NCBI GenBank assembly: GCA_963812605.1
Contig: CAWEWF010000001.1
Span: 480,001 to 544,000, forward strand
From: an uncultured Verrucomicrobiae bacterium
GTDB lineage: Bacteria > Verrucomicrobiota > Verrucomicrobiia > Palsa-1439
Direction: 5' to 3'
DNA: 64,000 bases
Below the pieces are notes generated by a model, which had not been told where the DNA came from, searched no databases, and worked only from the letters and a program-made list of their open reading frames with translations. The position numbers and the translations under genes are program-made. How positions within the stretch are numbered: position 1 is the stretch's first letter; each line of letters opens with the position of its first letter. Below, one piece after another: positions 18,930 to 29,747 of the stretch.

Positions 18930-19553
18930 TCAGTACCGCTGGGAATTTGAATTCGGTCCGGAAGGAGGCGGGTTTTCGGTGCTGGAGACGCTCCGTTGCC
19001 CGGCTTGCTGAATTCCCTTTTTGAAGACCGACTCCCCGCCGTCGCCATAGCCAGAGATGAATCCACGTTGAAAATCATCGCGCACCCAGGACGGCCCATT
19101 GACGATGTAGGCTTGCAGATACTCGACAAACCAATTCCACGTGACTGTTTTGTTCCTCAGTCCCTTGCCGGCGTCATGACCCAGCACCAGATAACTGCGC
19201 GTGTCATTTGCCGGATAAACGGGAGCCCGGTCATTGTACGAAACCGCCGGGCCAGAGTCATAATAATATTGTGGCGCATAATTATAGCCGTCGTAATAAT
19301 AGGTCGGCGGATAATCGTAGTAATAATAGTAGTAGGGTGAACCATAATACGGGTACCAAAACGGGAACGCGCCGACAAAAAAGAACCCAGGCCGACCGTG
19401 AAAATGATCGTGATCGAAGTGGCCGCCGCCCCAGTGACCAACTGAGCCCTGACCCGGACCGCCAAACCCGCCCATGCGGGCGTTTGCGGATGGCAGTACG
19501 ACCAAAAACGGTATGCCCAACAGCAAAATCAAGTTTCGAAAGAACCGTTTCAT
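18930..19553 (-). CDS. Secreted Gly/His- and Tyr/Pro-rich hypothetical protein
   Basis: Signal peptide (ANA), GG-rich segment, PYYGSPYYYYYYDYPP tract. Confidence 0.7.
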   Translation of the reverse strand: MKRFFRNLILLLGIPFLVVLPSANARMGGFGGPGQGSVGHWGGGHFDHDHFHGRPGFFFVGAFPFWYPYYGSPYYYYYYDYPPTYYYDGYNYAPQYYYDSGPAVSYNDRAPVYPANDTRSYLVLGHDAGKGLRNKTVTWNWFVEYLQAYIVNGPSWVRDDFQRGFISGYGDGGESVFKKGIQQAGQRSVSSTENPPPSGPNSNSQRY

Positions 19554-19699
19554 ATCTGATCACCTTTCTGCAAGATTAGATGCTTCGGAACGGGCTTTGG
19601 TTCAATAGTTGCCGTCGATGAAGGGACTTGGTATCCGCGCACTTAGGTTGCTTTCGTGTGGAATTTGTACTATTACCTACCGTAGGAACAGGGAGCGAG

Positions 19700-20164
19700 A
19701 TGGCGACGATCACTTTGGACGTCAATGGACGGAAACAGCCGGTCGATGTCGCGACGGATACGCCACTGTTATGGGTGCTACGCGAGACGCTGGGGATGAC
19801 GGGAACGAAGTTCGGTTGCGGCCGCGGTTTGTGTGGATCATGCACGGTGCATATCGACGGCGAAGCGATCCGCTCGTGCGTGACGCCGGTTGAGTCCGTC
19901 GAGGGGAAAAAGATTACGACCATCGAGGGGTTGTCATCCGACCGAAGCCACCGGCTGCAACGCGCGTGGATTGCGGAAGAGGTCCCGCAATGCGGCTACT
20001 GCCAGAGCGGGCAGATCATGACCGCGGCGGCGCTGCTCACGCGGAAACCGCATCCCACGGACGACGACATCGACGCCACGATGACCAACCTCTGCCGCTG
20101 CGGCACCTATGTGCGGATTCGGCGCGCGATTCATCGGGCGGCGCAGGAGGGAGGCGGGAAGTGA
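19700..20164 (+). CDS. iorA: Isoquinoline 1-oxidoreductase alpha-like (2Fe-2S) subunit
   Basis: [28 protein letters not shown]. Confidence 0.9.
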   Translation: MATITLDVNGRKQPVDVATDTPLLWVLRETLGMTGTKFGCGRGLCGSCTVHIDGEAIRSCVTPVESVEGKKITTIEGLSSDRSHRLQRAWIAEEVPQCGYCQSGQIMTAAALLTRKPHPTDDDIDATMTNLCRCGTYVRIRRAIHRAAQEGGGK

Positions 20165-22305
20165 ACACAACCGTTCCCGTCAATCGCCGCGATTTCATCA
20201 AGATTGTTTCCACGGCAGGCGGCGGGCTGCTCCTGGGCGTTTATTTACCGTCGCTGGCCCGCGTCTTCGCGGAGACGACGCCGAAATCCGGCGAGCTGTT
20301 CGCGCCCAACGCCTGGATTCGCATTACGCCTGACAACGTGATCACCATTCTCGTGGACAAATCCGAGATGGGACAGGGAGTGGAGACCTCGCTGCCGATG
20401 CTGGTGGCGGAGGAATTGGAAGTGAATCTGGCGAAGATCCGCACGGAATTCGCGCCGGCGGGGCCGGCGTACCAGAATCCTCGGATGGGTCAGCAGGGAA
20501 CCGGTGGCAGCAGCAGTGTGCATGCGTCCTTCGATCCGTTGCGCCGGGCCGGCGCCACTGCCCGCGAGATGTTGATCGCCGCCGCGGCACAACAGTGGGG
20601 GACCGATCCCCAATCGTGCCACGCGCGCGATGGATTCGTCATCAACGAACACACTGACAAGAAACTCAGTTATGGCGAGTTGGTTGAGACGGCGGCGAAA
20701 ATTCCCGTGCCGAAGAATGTCGCGCTGAAAGAGGCGAAGGATTGGACGTTGGTGGGCAAGCCTGCTCATCGCCTTGATACGCCACTTAAGGTGGACGGCA
20801 CGGCAGTCTTCGGCATCGATGTGAAAGTGCCCGACGCGCTCGTGGCGGTCGTGGCGCGCTGCCCGGTGTTTGGCGGGAAAGTGAAGAGCTTTGACGCGAC
20901 CGCGGCGAAAAAGATGGCGGGCGTGAAGAATGTTTTGCAGATCGGCAACGGCGTGGCGGTGGTGGCAGATGGATTTTGGGCGGCGAAGAAAGGCCGCGAC
21001 GCACTCAAGATCGAATGGGATGAGGGCGTCAACGCCAAACTCAGCAGCGCCAGCATCACGGAGAAACTGAAGGCGCTTGCGGAGAAGCCCGGCGCGGACG
21101 CGCGCAAGGAAGGCGATGCCGACAAGGCGCTGGACGGCGCGACCAAAAGGATTGAAGCGGTTTATGAAGTGCCGTTCCTCGCGCACGCGACGATGGAACC
21201 GATGAATTGCACGGCGCGCGTGCGCAAGGATGGCTGTGACGTCTGGGTCGGCACGCAAGGGCAGACGCTGGCGCAACGCACGGTGGTGGGGATCACCGGA
21301 CTCCCCGTCGAAGCGGTCAAGATCCATACAACGTATCTCGGCGGCGGTTTTGGACGGCGGTTTGCGGCGGATTTTGTGGCGGACGCGGTCGAAACTTCCA
21401 AGGCAATCGGCGCGCCCGTGAAAGTCATCTGGACCCGCGAGGAGGATATGCAGCATGACCTGTATCGGCCCGCGACGTATAACCGGCTGGCGGCGGCGCT
21501 GGACAAGGACGGTTTGCCCGTGGCGTGGACCCATCGGATTGTCGGGCCGTCCATCATGATGGGCGTGTTTCCGGGCGCGGTGAAAGATGGCATTGACCCG
21601 ACGGGTGTCGAGGGCGCGGCGAACCTGCCCTACGACATTGCGAATATCCATGTCGAGTACACGATTGCCGATTTGGGAGTGCCGGTGTGGTTCTGGCGTT
21701 CGGTGGGCAATTCGCAGAATTCGTTCATCACAGAAAGCTTTTTTGACGAACTTGCGGTGGCGGCGGGCAAGGACCCGTTTGAATTTCGCCGGGGGCTGCT
21801 GGAGAAATCGCCGCGACACAAGGCCGTGCTGGAATTGGCGGCGGCGAAAGCGGGTTGGGGGCAGCCGTTGCCGAAAGGCCGGGCGCGCGGCATCGCGGTG
21901 GCCGAATCCTTTGGCACTTTCGTGGCCGAAGTCGCGGAGGTGTCGCTCGATGAGGATGGCGGCGTGAAGGTGAACCGCGTGGTGTGCGCGGTGGATTGCG
22001 GCACGGTGGTCAATCCGGACACCGTCGCGGCGCAGATGGAAAGCGCCATCGTGTTCGGGCTGACGGCGGCGCTCAAAGGCGAGATCACGATTGAGAACGG
22101 GCGCGTCAAGCAGGGCAGCTTCGACAACTACGCGTTGTTGTCCATGGCCGAGACGCCCGTGATTGAGGTGCACATCGTGCCGAGCCGGGAAACCTGCGGC
22201 GGTATCGGCGAACCGGGCACGCCGCCGATTGCTCCCGCGGTCTGCAACGCCGTGTTCGCCTTGACGGGCAAACGCATCCGGCGATTGCCGATCAAAATTG
22301 CCTAG
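20161..22305 (+). CDS. iorB: Isoquinoline 1-oxidoreductase beta-like molybdopterin-binding subunit with Tat motif
   Basis: NRRDFIK Tat signal, [30 protein letters not shown]; GTG start overlapping iorA. Confidence 0.9.
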   Translation: MNTTVPVNRRDFIKIVSTAGGGLLLGVYLPSLARVFAETTPKSGELFAPNAWIRITPDNVITILVDKSEMGQGVETSLPMLVAEELEVNLAKIRTEFAPAGPAYQNPRMGQQGTGGSSSVHASFDPLRRAGATAREMLIAAAAQQWGTDPQSCHARDGFVINEHTDKKLSYGELVETAAKIPVPKNVALKEAKDWTLVGKPAHRLDTPLKVDGTAVFGIDVKVPDALVAVVARCPVFGGKVKSFDATAAKKMAGVKNVLQIGNGVAVVADGFWAAKKGRDALKIEWDEGVNAKLSSASITEKLKALAEKPGADARKEGDADKALDGATKRIEAVYEVPFLAHATMEPMNCTARVRKDGCDVWVGTQGQTLAQRTVVGITGLPVEAVKIHTTYLGGGFGRRFAADFVADAVETSKAIGAPVKVIWTREEDMQHDLYRPATYNRLAAALDKDGLPVAWTHRIVGPSIMMGVFPGAVKDGIDPTGVEGAANLPYDIANIHVEYTIADLGVPVWFWRSVGNSQNSFITESFFDELAVAAGKDPFEFRRGLLEKSPRHKAVLELAAAKAGWGQPLPKGRARGIAVAESFGTFVAEVAEVSLDEDGGVKVNRVVCAVDCGTVVNPDTVAAQMESAIVFGLTAALKGEITIENGRVKQGSFDNYALLSMAETPVIEVHIVPSRETCGGIGEPGTPPIAPAVCNAVFALTGKRIRRLPIKIA

Positions 22306-23721
22306 GGAGCGAGCGGCAGGAAATCTTTCGTCATGGTGTTTCTCCAGGATCGGCTGACGGCCGTTTTGCTACCGCTCAAGTTCATGAGTACAACTTCTGC
22401 ACGGTTCGAGCTTCCCGAAGGATCGCCGGCCGGCACAGCCAGCGCGATTTCATTGGCGTTTCGCCAACTCGGGATGAGTTGGTCAGAGTTTTGGTTGTTG
22501 GTATAGACGTTGGCTTCCTGTAGCGGCACCAATTTTCCGGTGTCCAGGAACAAGATACTCACCTCCCCGGCATTGCCGGGGATTGCCACCTTCTTTTTGT
22601 CCGGGCTGAGCGCAAAGCGGTCGGCGCGGTTTGGCAAATGTTCGATGTCCGCCGGGAGGACGACTGATTCGACGGACTGGGTTGCACCGGCTGGGAGCGC
22701 GAACAATGTGAGTTGACCCGGCATATCGGCGGTGATGGCCGGCAGGTGAACGGGAGCCGCGGCGAATAAAATCCGTCCGTCCGGCAGGCAGGCCACGTGC
22801 GTGACATTTCCACTGAGCAGCACGCCGGCCAGGTCTTTGGCCGGAGGGAACTCGGCGAGTAGCTGGTCGTTCGTCCCACAAACTTGGTGGGTGGTGATGG
22901 TGCCGAGTTGCACGCTCTTGCTCAGGAACTCGGTACGGTACCGTAAATTTGGCGTAAACAAGGTTTTGGCCGTCGATCGACCAGTCGGCTTCGGTAGCGC
23001 CTTCGTCCACCAAGGTGGTTTGAGCATGGGGGGTTCGGGGGATGACATAGAGGGACGGGTGTTCCGGTGTATCCCCGGCAAACGCGATCACTTGTCCGTT
23101 CGGCGAGGCCGCCACCCAGAGAATCCCGAAGGGGAAACGGACCAGCAGTTGATCGGCAGGCGGTTCGGACGGCAGAACATTGCGGATGACGATCTCGTGG
23201 ATGTCGGGAGTGAGGTCATCGATCTTGGCTTTTTCATCCGCCGACATTGCTTCGAGGATCGGGGCGATGGCCTGTGGATTGGTTTGTCGGAGATAGAACG
23301 TCACCGACAGAACCGATGCGTGAATCGCCTCTGCCTGATCCCATTTCTTGTACGACACGGAGTCGGTGAAGTTGCTCCACGCGCCATGGTAATCCTGGAT
23401 GACTTTCACGAGGCGGTCGGCGGCTTCGGTCACGCGGTCAACGTTGTCGGTGCCCAGCAACTGTGCGTATTCATCCCAATTCTTCGGTTTGACGGCGCGG
23501 TCGACGATTACGTGATGCGAATCTGGAAGCCACGCGCGGGCGTCGGTCGCCGGGCCGAGGATGGCGCCGGAACTGTCCACCAGCCAGGTGCCATCAGCGC
23601 CCTGCACGAAAGCGTGCTGGCCGTCAGGCGCCCAATGGATGAACTCGTGCAGGTCGCAGCCGGCGGTCAACAGCAGGATACCGCTGAAGACACCGGCGAG
23701 GAAGCGACGGGAAAAGGTCAT
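22302..23721 (-). CDS. Lipoprotein with TolB/WD40-like propeller repeats; frameshift near 22935
   Basis: LTAGC lipobox; WAPDG, SPNG, WSIDG, SPDK repeats split over two overlapping frames. Confidence 0.65.
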
Positions 23722-24176
23722 TGTACGTTCTCCTTTGAGTTGGCGGCGGCGGAAGCCAGAAGATAAATTCGCTGGTTGGACCAGAAGGGAAGCGATTCGA
23801 TCTTGTTCTTCACAAGAGCCGGTTGAATTTTCGCAATCGTTGGTGGACGGGCAACCACAACGTTTTCCCGAAGAGGGTTTGCGCGGATCACCAGCGCGGT
23901 GAGGCCCACGCCGATTACGAACGAAGCCGCCAAGGCGAACACCTGCTCGGCGCGATGTCGCCAGACAAGGCGATGAACCTGGTTGGGCATCTCGACAACG
24001 GGGGCGGGGCGACGCATTACTTCGGTGGCCAGGCGAACTGTCTCCTGCAATTCACGGGCCTGCGTTGCTGCGGCGGGATCGTTGGCGAGATAATCGGCCA
24101 ACAACACCTCGGCGTCGGGGTCGAGGCGTCCCAGCGCGCGGTCCATCAACAAGCGTTCCAAAATATCGGGCTTCAT
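23718..24176 (-). CDS. Putative single-TM anti-sigma factor
   Basis: Follows ECF sigma; N-terminal ASD-like helices, ALAAS before the TM. Confidence 0.7.
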   Translation of the reverse strand: MKPDILERLLMDRALGRLDPDAEVLLADYLANDPAAATQARELQETVRLATEVMRRPAPVVEMPNQVHRLVWRHRAEQVFALAASFVIGVGLTALVIRANPLRENVVVARPPTIAKIQPALVKNKIESLPFWSNQRIYLLASAAANSKENVQ

Positions 24177-24664
24177 GATTTTGTTTCCTCCGGCTTTATC
24201 ATCGTGCCGCGCAACTGGCGCACGGCATTGTGCAACCGCGAGCGGACGGTCCCGATGGGGATGTCCAGCACGTGGGCGATTTCTTCGTAGGACAATTCCT
24301 GTTCGAGGCGCAGTTCCAGCGTGTCGCGCAATTCGGCGGGGAGATTGCGAATGGCCTCCCGCATGACGGCGAGGCGGTCGTCTTTGGCTTCCGGTGCGGA
24401 TTCGTACCAGAGCTGCGCGACGGCGGATGGATCACGCTGACGGCGGTAATGCCGCGCGAGCATGTGACGGGCGATGCCGAACAACCAGGCGCGCGGCATG
24501 GTCACCGCCGGCAGTTGATCTGTCTGGCGGACGACCTGCAGGAATGTTTCCTGCAAGAGGTCGCCGGCCGTCGCGGTATCGGGACAGCGCCGCGCGAGGT
24601 AGCTATACAGCTCGCCCGCATGCTGTCGATACAATTGCTCGATCAAACCTGGCTCGGATTGCAC
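24173..24664 (-). CDS. ECF RNA polymerase sigma factor
   Basis: DLLQETFL, AWLFGIAR, LSYEEIA...IPIGTVRSRLHNA. Confidence 0.92.
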   Translation of the reverse strand: MQSEPGLIEQLYRQHAGELYSYLARRCPDTATAGDLLQETFLQVVRQTDQLPAVTMPRAWLFGIARHMLARHYRRQRDPSAVAQLWYESAPEAKDDRLAVMREAIRNLPAELRDTLELRLEQELSYEEIAHVLDIPIGTVRSRLHNAVRQLRGTMIKPEETKS

Positions 24665-24692
24665 GTTCGTAGGATTGTCTCCTGTATCCTAG

Positions 24693-24720
24693 TAGTTGCA
24701 AGTCGAACCGGAAAAGTTCA
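24693..24720 (-). promoter_or_regulatory. Candidate ECF autoregulatory promoter
   Basis: Reverse strand GAACTT-N16-AACTA about 30 bp upstream of the ECF start. Confidence 0.4.
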
Positions 24721-24791
24721 CGGGCTTGCTTTTTGTTGCGGTGTGGCTCAGTTTCGGACTGGTAACTTTCATGGCAGAAGTGAGCAATATA

Positions 24792-25234
24792 ATGCAGTTG
24801 TCGAGAAGTGTTCTGATTACGCTTGCTGCAGGTTTTCTAGTATTGGCGGGTTGCCAGCGGAACGAAGAGGATCGTTATACTCACGCCGTTCCGGCGAGGA
24901 GCTAACTGCGAAGGCTTCCAAGCAGGATGGTCAAATTGACAGCTGGCTCGTGCGCAGCACCAATGGAATTCCGCTCCGCTGGGTTCGCGATGGGAATCAT
25001 GGCGGCAGACCGGATTCCTGGTCCTTCTTCAAAGACGGCAAGGCGTTCCTCGACGAGGTCGATTCCGACCATGATGGGAAAGTCGACACCATTTACCTTC
25101 ACGTGCTGAGTGAGGACAAGACTCGAGTCAGGGAATTCTCATTCACATTGGATGATCGCGAAAAGAATGTATTCACGGAGCGTGAAGATTCAGGCTGGCA
25201 AGAATTGCAGAAGCAAGAGAAGAAGGGCAAATAA
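24792..25234 (+). CDS. Small lipoprotein with DxDxDG Ca-binding-like loops; probable frameshift near 24865
   Basis: LAGC lipobox in one frame; DGNHGGRPD and DSDHDGKVD continue in the adjacent frame. Confidence 0.5.
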
Positions 25235-25281
25235 CTATTTGGAGCATTGGAGCCGAGGCTCGTAGGGTATTACGAAAGGCC

Positions 25282-25304
25282 GCCGCGTCGGGGCACGCGG
25301 CCTA
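25282..25304 (-). repeat. GTAG-type REP-like hairpin
   Basis: Reverse strand GTAG-GCCGCGT-GCCCG-ACGCGGC; lies between convergent genes. Confidence 0.6.
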
Positions 25305-25337
25305 CAACGGCCGGCCGAAGAAGGACGCAGTTGTCGG

Positions 25338-25812
25338 TCAGGGCTTACCGCCGCTGCTGAGTTGCTTTTCGTAGAAAATGCAGTCGAAGTCAGCGAGCTT
25401 GCCGCGGCGGACTTCCTTGAAGCCGTTTTTGGTGTAGAAATGCTGTGCGCCGACGAGGACGACGGCGGTATCCAGGTGCAACACGGAGTATCCCAGTTCT
25501 CGGGCTCGCTTTTCCAGGGCCGCGTAGATTGCCTGGCCGAATCCGTGTCTTTGAAAGTCGGCATGGACGCGCATCCGTTTGATCTCGGCTCGATCGGGGT
25601 CGGTTCGCCGCAGCGCGCCCATGGCGACGACGCGGTCTTGAAGCGTGCCGACAAGGAACTCGCCTCCGTTGTCCAAGTAGGACGGCTTCAATTTGATCCA
25701 GATCCGTATCCTATGCGCCGCCGATGTAGGCACCGGCGGCGAGCAGGGCCGTTTTGTGCAATTCGCAGACAGCATTGTGGTCGGACGGTTGATAGCGGCG
25801 AATTTGTAGCAT
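25338..25812 (-). pseudogene. GNAT N-acetyltransferase with in-frame TAG (25711-25713) and a frameshift near 25680
   Basis: MLQIRRYQPSD...GGA*DTDLDQIEAV, then in the next frame YLDNGGEF...RMRVHADFQRHGFG...FYTKNGF. Confidence 0.65.
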
Positions 25813-25934
25813 GATTGGGCCCTAGAACTGATCTCACAAATGGTGAGGGACAGGCTTCTGTGCCTGTCAAAATCCAACTACACAGGCAGGGAAGCCTTCG
25901 GGGTGCCACCGAACGTTTATGAAATGAAGACGGC

Positions 25935-25958
25935 CGCAACCGGGACGGTCGCGCTACC
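25935..25958 (-). repeat. GTAG-type REP-like hairpin
   Basis: Reverse strand GGTAG-CGCGACCG-TCC-CGGTTGCG. Confidence 0.55.
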
Positions 25959-26111
25959 GGGGAATCGATTGATTGCGAAACACGTTTCGGTCGGCGTGCA
26001 GGGCTGATGTTTGGCGGGTTGCGGAGAGGCTAGCTGAATTTGCTTTTCGCGGCGGGGGTGACGCGTTACACTGCGTTCGACCTGACACGGCTGCGGTAGG
26101 CGAGAAGCAGC

Positions 26112-28064
26112 ATGAAAACGATCTTCGATCAGTCTGAGTGCCAGAATCTTAAGAACGCGCTCGGCAAGGAGTGGTTGGAAACCAACGGCCTTGGCGGGTT
26201 TGCTTCTTCCACGATCATCGGCGCCAATACGCGACGGCAGCACGGGCTGTTGATTGCGTCGCAGCGGCCGCCGGTGGAGCGGTACGTGTTGCTCGCGAAA
26301 TTCGAGGAGCGCGTGGCGACCGATGGACACGAATCCTCGATTTCCACGAACCTTTATCCCGGCACGATCTTCCCGCACGGTTTCAATATCCAGATGGAGT
26401 TTCGGCTGCGTCCGTGGCCCACTTTCCGGTACGCGGACCACGATTTTGAAATTGAGAAGAGCGTGCTTCTCGTGCAAGGGGAGAACACGGTGGTGGTCAG
26501 CTATCGCAACTTGCGATCGCGCGTGCCGATCGAGTTGAAGCTGCGGCCGCTGCTGGCGTTTCGCGATTACAATGCGCTCGCCGAGCGCGATGAGAAGGTC
26601 AACCGTGCGTTCGAGCGCAGTAACGGCACGATCTCCGTGCAGCCGTACGCCAATCTGCCGCGGCTGTACTTCTACACGAAGCCCGACGCGGTGGACGCGA
26701 AGGCGGATTGGTACCTTGATTTTACGTACCCGGTGGAGCAGGAGCGCGGCCTGGATTTCCAGGAGGACTTGTTTACGCCATTCGAGTTGTCGTATCGGCT
26801 GACCAAGGGGCAGACGATTTATCTCGTCGTTTCGACGGAGAAAAAGAACGCGGTCAATGCGGAAGACCTCGTCGCGGGCGAACGAGAGCGGCGCAAGGAG
26901 TTCGAGCGCGTGCACGACACGTGGCGGCAGCCGCTGATCATTGCGGCGAATTCGTTTGTGGCGCGGCGCGGGAAGGACAACCTGACGGTGATGGCCGGCT
27001 ACCCGTGGTTTACGGATTGGGGCCGCGACACGATGATTGCCCTGCCGGGACTGATGCTGACGTCCGAGCGGTTCGATATCGCGCGCAAGATTTTGCTCAC
27101 GTTCGCCCAATACTGCGACAAGGGAATGATCCCGAATGTTTTCCCCAACGCGGGCGAAGAGCCGCAGTACAACACGGTGGATGCATCGCTTTGGTTTGTG
27201 GTTTCCGGCTGGAAGTACTGGAAAGCGAGCGGGGATGACGAAGGCGCGAAGCAATTGCTGCCGGCATTGAGGGAGGTCGTCAAGTATTACAAGGAAGGCA
27301 CGCGTTTTGACATTCGCGCAGACGACGACGGCCTGATAACGGCGGGGACGCCCGGCACGCAGTTGACATGGATGGATGTGAAGGTGGACGGTTACGTGCC
27401 GACACCGCGCCACGGCAAACCGGTCGAGGTCAACGCGCTTTGGCTGAATGCGGTGCTCATGCTGGCGGAGATGGAGGAGAAACTGGGGCAGAACATTCAC
27501 GGCGCCGTGGTCCTCCGGAAACTCGCGGACCAGGTCGCGGGGAATTTCGTCAAGGCGTTCTGGTTCCGTGACGGCAATTACCTCTACGACGTGATCCAGG
27601 GAGATTTTCGTGATCCGAGCGTGCGGCCCAACCAAATCTTCGCCGTCAGCCTGCCGTACTCGCCGCTGGACAAGACGCAACAGAAGGCGGTGCTCGATAT
27701 CGTGACGGAGCAGTTGCTGACGCCTTACGGGTTGCGGACATTGACACCGAAGAGCGACAAGTATTGCCCGAAGTACACGGGCAACCAGTGGCAGCGCGAT
27801 TGCGCGTATCATCAGGGGACGGTTTGGCCGTGGCTCATCGGGCCGTATTGCGACGCGTACGCAAAGGTGAATGGCGCCGGCAAGACGCAACGCAAGGAAA
27901 TCGGCAGGATCATCCAACCATTGCTGGACCACATGCAGGAAGCGGGTTTGGGTTCTATCGCGGAAATTTTCGACGGCAGTGCGCCGCATCGGCCCGTCGG
28001 TTGTTTCGCGCAGGCGTGGAGCGTGAGCGAAGTGTTGCGCACCTACGACACCTATGTGCGATGA
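26112..28064 (+). CDS. Glycogen debranching enzyme (amylo-alpha-1,6-glucosidase, archaeal type)
   Basis: EWLETNGLGGFAS, AGYPWFTDWGRD, LTWMD, YHQGTVWPW, QAWSVSE. Confidence 0.92.
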   Translation: MKTIFDQSECQNLKNALGKEWLETNGLGGFASSTIIGANTRRQHGLLIASQRPPVERYVLLAKFEERVATDGHESSISTNLYPGTIFPHGFNIQMEFRLRPWPTFRYADHDFEIEKSVLLVQGENTVVVSYRNLRSRVPIELKLRPLLAFRDYNALAERDEKVNRAFERSNGTISVQPYANLPRLYFYTKPDAVDAKADWYLDFTYPVEQERGLDFQEDLFTPFELSYRLTKGQTIYLVVSTEKKNAVNAEDLVAGERERRKEFERVHDTWRQPLIIAANSFVARRGKDNLTVMAGYPWFTDWGRDTMIALPGLMLTSERFDIARKILLTFAQYCDKGMIPNVFPNAGEEPQYNTVDASLWFVVSGWKYWKASGDDEGAKQLLPALREVVKYYKEGTRFDIRADDDGLITAGTPGTQLTWMDVKVDGYVPTPRHGKPVEVNALWLNAVLMLAEMEEKLGQNIHGAVVLRKLADQVAGNFVKAFWFRDGNYLYDVIQGDFRDPSVRPNQIFAVSLPYSPLDKTQQKAVLDIVTEQLLTPYGLRTLTPKSDKYCPKYTGNQWQRDCAYHQGTVWPWLIGPYCDAYAKVNGAGKTQRKEIGRIIQPLLDHMQEAGLGSIAEIFDGSAPHRPVGCFAQAWSVSEVLRTYDTYVR

Positions 28065-28076
28065 TCGTTGGCAATT

Positions 28077-28715
28077 ATGAAAATCTACGACATCAGCGTG
28101 TTGGTGTGCGAAGGGATGCCGACGTGGCCCGGCGATCCTGAATTGAAAATGAGCCTGGCCAGCAGCATTGCGCGGGGAGACGCGGCCAACGTCACGCACC
28201 TCGACATGGGAGCGCACACGGGAACGCATCTGGACGCGCCGTTTCATTTTGTTCCCGACGGCCCGGGCATTGAGCAGCTCCCTTTGGAAACTCTCCTGGG
28301 TCCGTGCCGGGTCTTCGATCTGACGGATGTCGACGGCAATATCACGGCGGCGGCGTTGGAAAAAGGCGATTGGCGGGGCGTGACGCGGGCGCTGTTCAAA
28401 ACGCGGAACTCGCGGCATTGGGCGAAGGACGAACATGAATTCGACAAAGAGTTTTGCGCACTGGCCGCGGACAGCGCGGGGTATTTGATCGAGAAGGGAG
28501 TGGAACTGGTGGGGGTCGATTATCTGTCGGTGGAAGCTTTCGGCAGCAAGAAGCATCCGGTCCATGAAATTTTGCTGGGGATGGGCGTAGTGATCGTTGA
28601 GAGCTTGAATTTGTCAGAAATTCCCGCCGGAGATTATGAATTGATTGCGCTGCCGGTGAAACTGAAAGGCGCGGATGGCGCGCCGGCGCGGGTGGTGTTA
28701 CGGACGTTGACGTGA
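28077..28715 (+). CDS. Cyclase/kynurenine formamidase family protein
   Basis: HTGTHLDAPFH, GVDYLS, DGAPAR. Confidence 0.9.
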   Translation: MKIYDISVLVCEGMPTWPGDPELKMSLASSIARGDAANVTHLDMGAHTGTHLDAPFHFVPDGPGIEQLPLETLLGPCRVFDLTDVDGNITAAALEKGDWRGVTRALFKTRNSRHWAKDEHEFDKEFCALAADSAGYLIEKGVELVGVDYLSVEAFGSKKHPVHEILLGMGVVIVESLNLSEIPAGDYELIALPVKLKGADGAPARVVLRTLT

Positions 28716-29083
28716 TTTCTAACAACCCGACAGCAGCGCGAGGTTCTTCATCCCGGCGCCGCGCGGCGCTCAACGCGGTCGGAGCTCTCCTCCTGCTTCT
28801 GGGAATCGCCGGCGCCGGCGTTGTTTACACAATCGGACAAACCCATTCAGCGGGGCAGACAGCCGGCGGGGATGGCAGTTGTCAGGACGGCTCGCTGTCG
28901 CCCACGGACTCGAAGAGCTTTTCGCACGATGTGCAAATGAACAATGGAGTGGCCGGGGTCCTGGTGATGAAGTGGTGGGACCTACGCGACAAGTTGAAAC
29001 GCCCCGGATCGATGGCCATCATGATTGCCGCAGGTTCAGCGGTAGTGGCGTGCGGATGTTTCCTGGCGGCGAAGCGGGGGTGA
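28712..29083 (+). CDS. Hypothetical two-TM membrane protein
   Basis: GTG start overlapping the upstream stop; two hydrophobic segments. Confidence 0.55.
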   Translation: MISNNPTAARGSSSRRRAALNAVGALLLLLGIAGAGVVYTIGQTHSAGQTAGGDGSCQDGSLSPTDSKSFSHDVQMNNGVAGVLVMKWWDLRDKLKRPGSMAIMIAAGSAVVACGCFLAAKRG

Positions 29084-29094
29084 ACAAGCTTGTT

Positions 29095-29169
29095 GGTAGG
29101 GACGGCTGTCACAGCCGTCCGCTGGCATGAATGAAACAATTTCGGACGGCTCGGAGAGCCGTCCCTACC
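29095..29169. repeat. Inverted REP doublet (REPIN/BIME-like)
   Basis: GGTAGGGACGGCTGTCACAGCCGTCC (29095-29120) and the inverted copy CGGACGGCTCGGAGAGCCGTCCCTACC (29143-29169). Confidence 0.85.
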
Positions 29170-29217
29170 GCGAATTTGCGTAGCCGGTAGAATGCGGATT
29201 TGCTACTGTCACACGTC

Positions 29218-29673
29218 ATGACGCTCGCCAGGCGCAAGACGCTCCCTCATGCACTGCCGCCACACGTTGAACCTAACGACACCATTTTCTTCCTGACGAT
29301 CTGTTGTGAACCTCGCGGCAAGAATCATCTTTGCAATCCGCACAGTGCTTCTGCGCTCTTTGACGCCACCGCTATTTATCATGAGCGAGGTAAATGGTGG
29401 ATGTATTTTTTGCTTTTGATGCCGGATCATCTACACGCACTCGTCTCATTCCCGGGCGACAACACAATGCCGAAGGTGGTGGCCGCATGGAAGAGGCACG
29501 CGGCGCGTACTCAACGCATACTCTGGCAACGAGGATTCTTCGATCATCGGTTGCGCCATGACGAAAGCCTGCGCAACAAAGAAGATTACATTCGGCAAAA
29601 CCCGGTGCGGGCGGGATTGATCGGGCAAGGCGAGAGGTGGTTGTATGTATGGCAGCCATTGTCGCACGATTGA
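29218..29673 (+). mobile_element. REP-associated tyrosine transposase (RAYT/TnpA-REP, Y1 HUH)
   Basis: FFLTIC, LMPDHLH (HUH), WQRGFFDHRLR, YIRQNPVRAGL; flanked by REPs. Confidence 0.9.
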
Positions 29674-29720
29674 TAAGAAACAGGCGTCCCGTGACTGTTC
29701 GATATAGTTCTGTTGATCAG

Positions 29721-29747
29721 CGGACGGCTCGGAGAGCCGTCCCTACC
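29721..29747 (-). repeat. REP downstream of RAYT
   Basis: Identical 27-mer to 29143-29169. Confidence 0.85.

Noticed and set aside
16805-25812. Pyrrolysine recoding (PylB-like radical SAM plus an in-frame TAG in the GNAT gene)
   Set aside because: No pylS/C/D/T in the window, TAG is used as a normal stop in many genes here, and the GNAT gene also has a frameshift
25917-28565. 882-aa minus-strand ORF, and similar long antisense ORFs (e.g. 20245-22173)
   Set aside because: Shadow frames of well-supported plus-strand genes in GC-rich DNA; Arg-rich with no motifs
29095-29747. CRISPR array
   Set aside because: Only three ~27-bp palindromic copies, in inverted orientation around a RAYT gene; no regular spacers or cas genes
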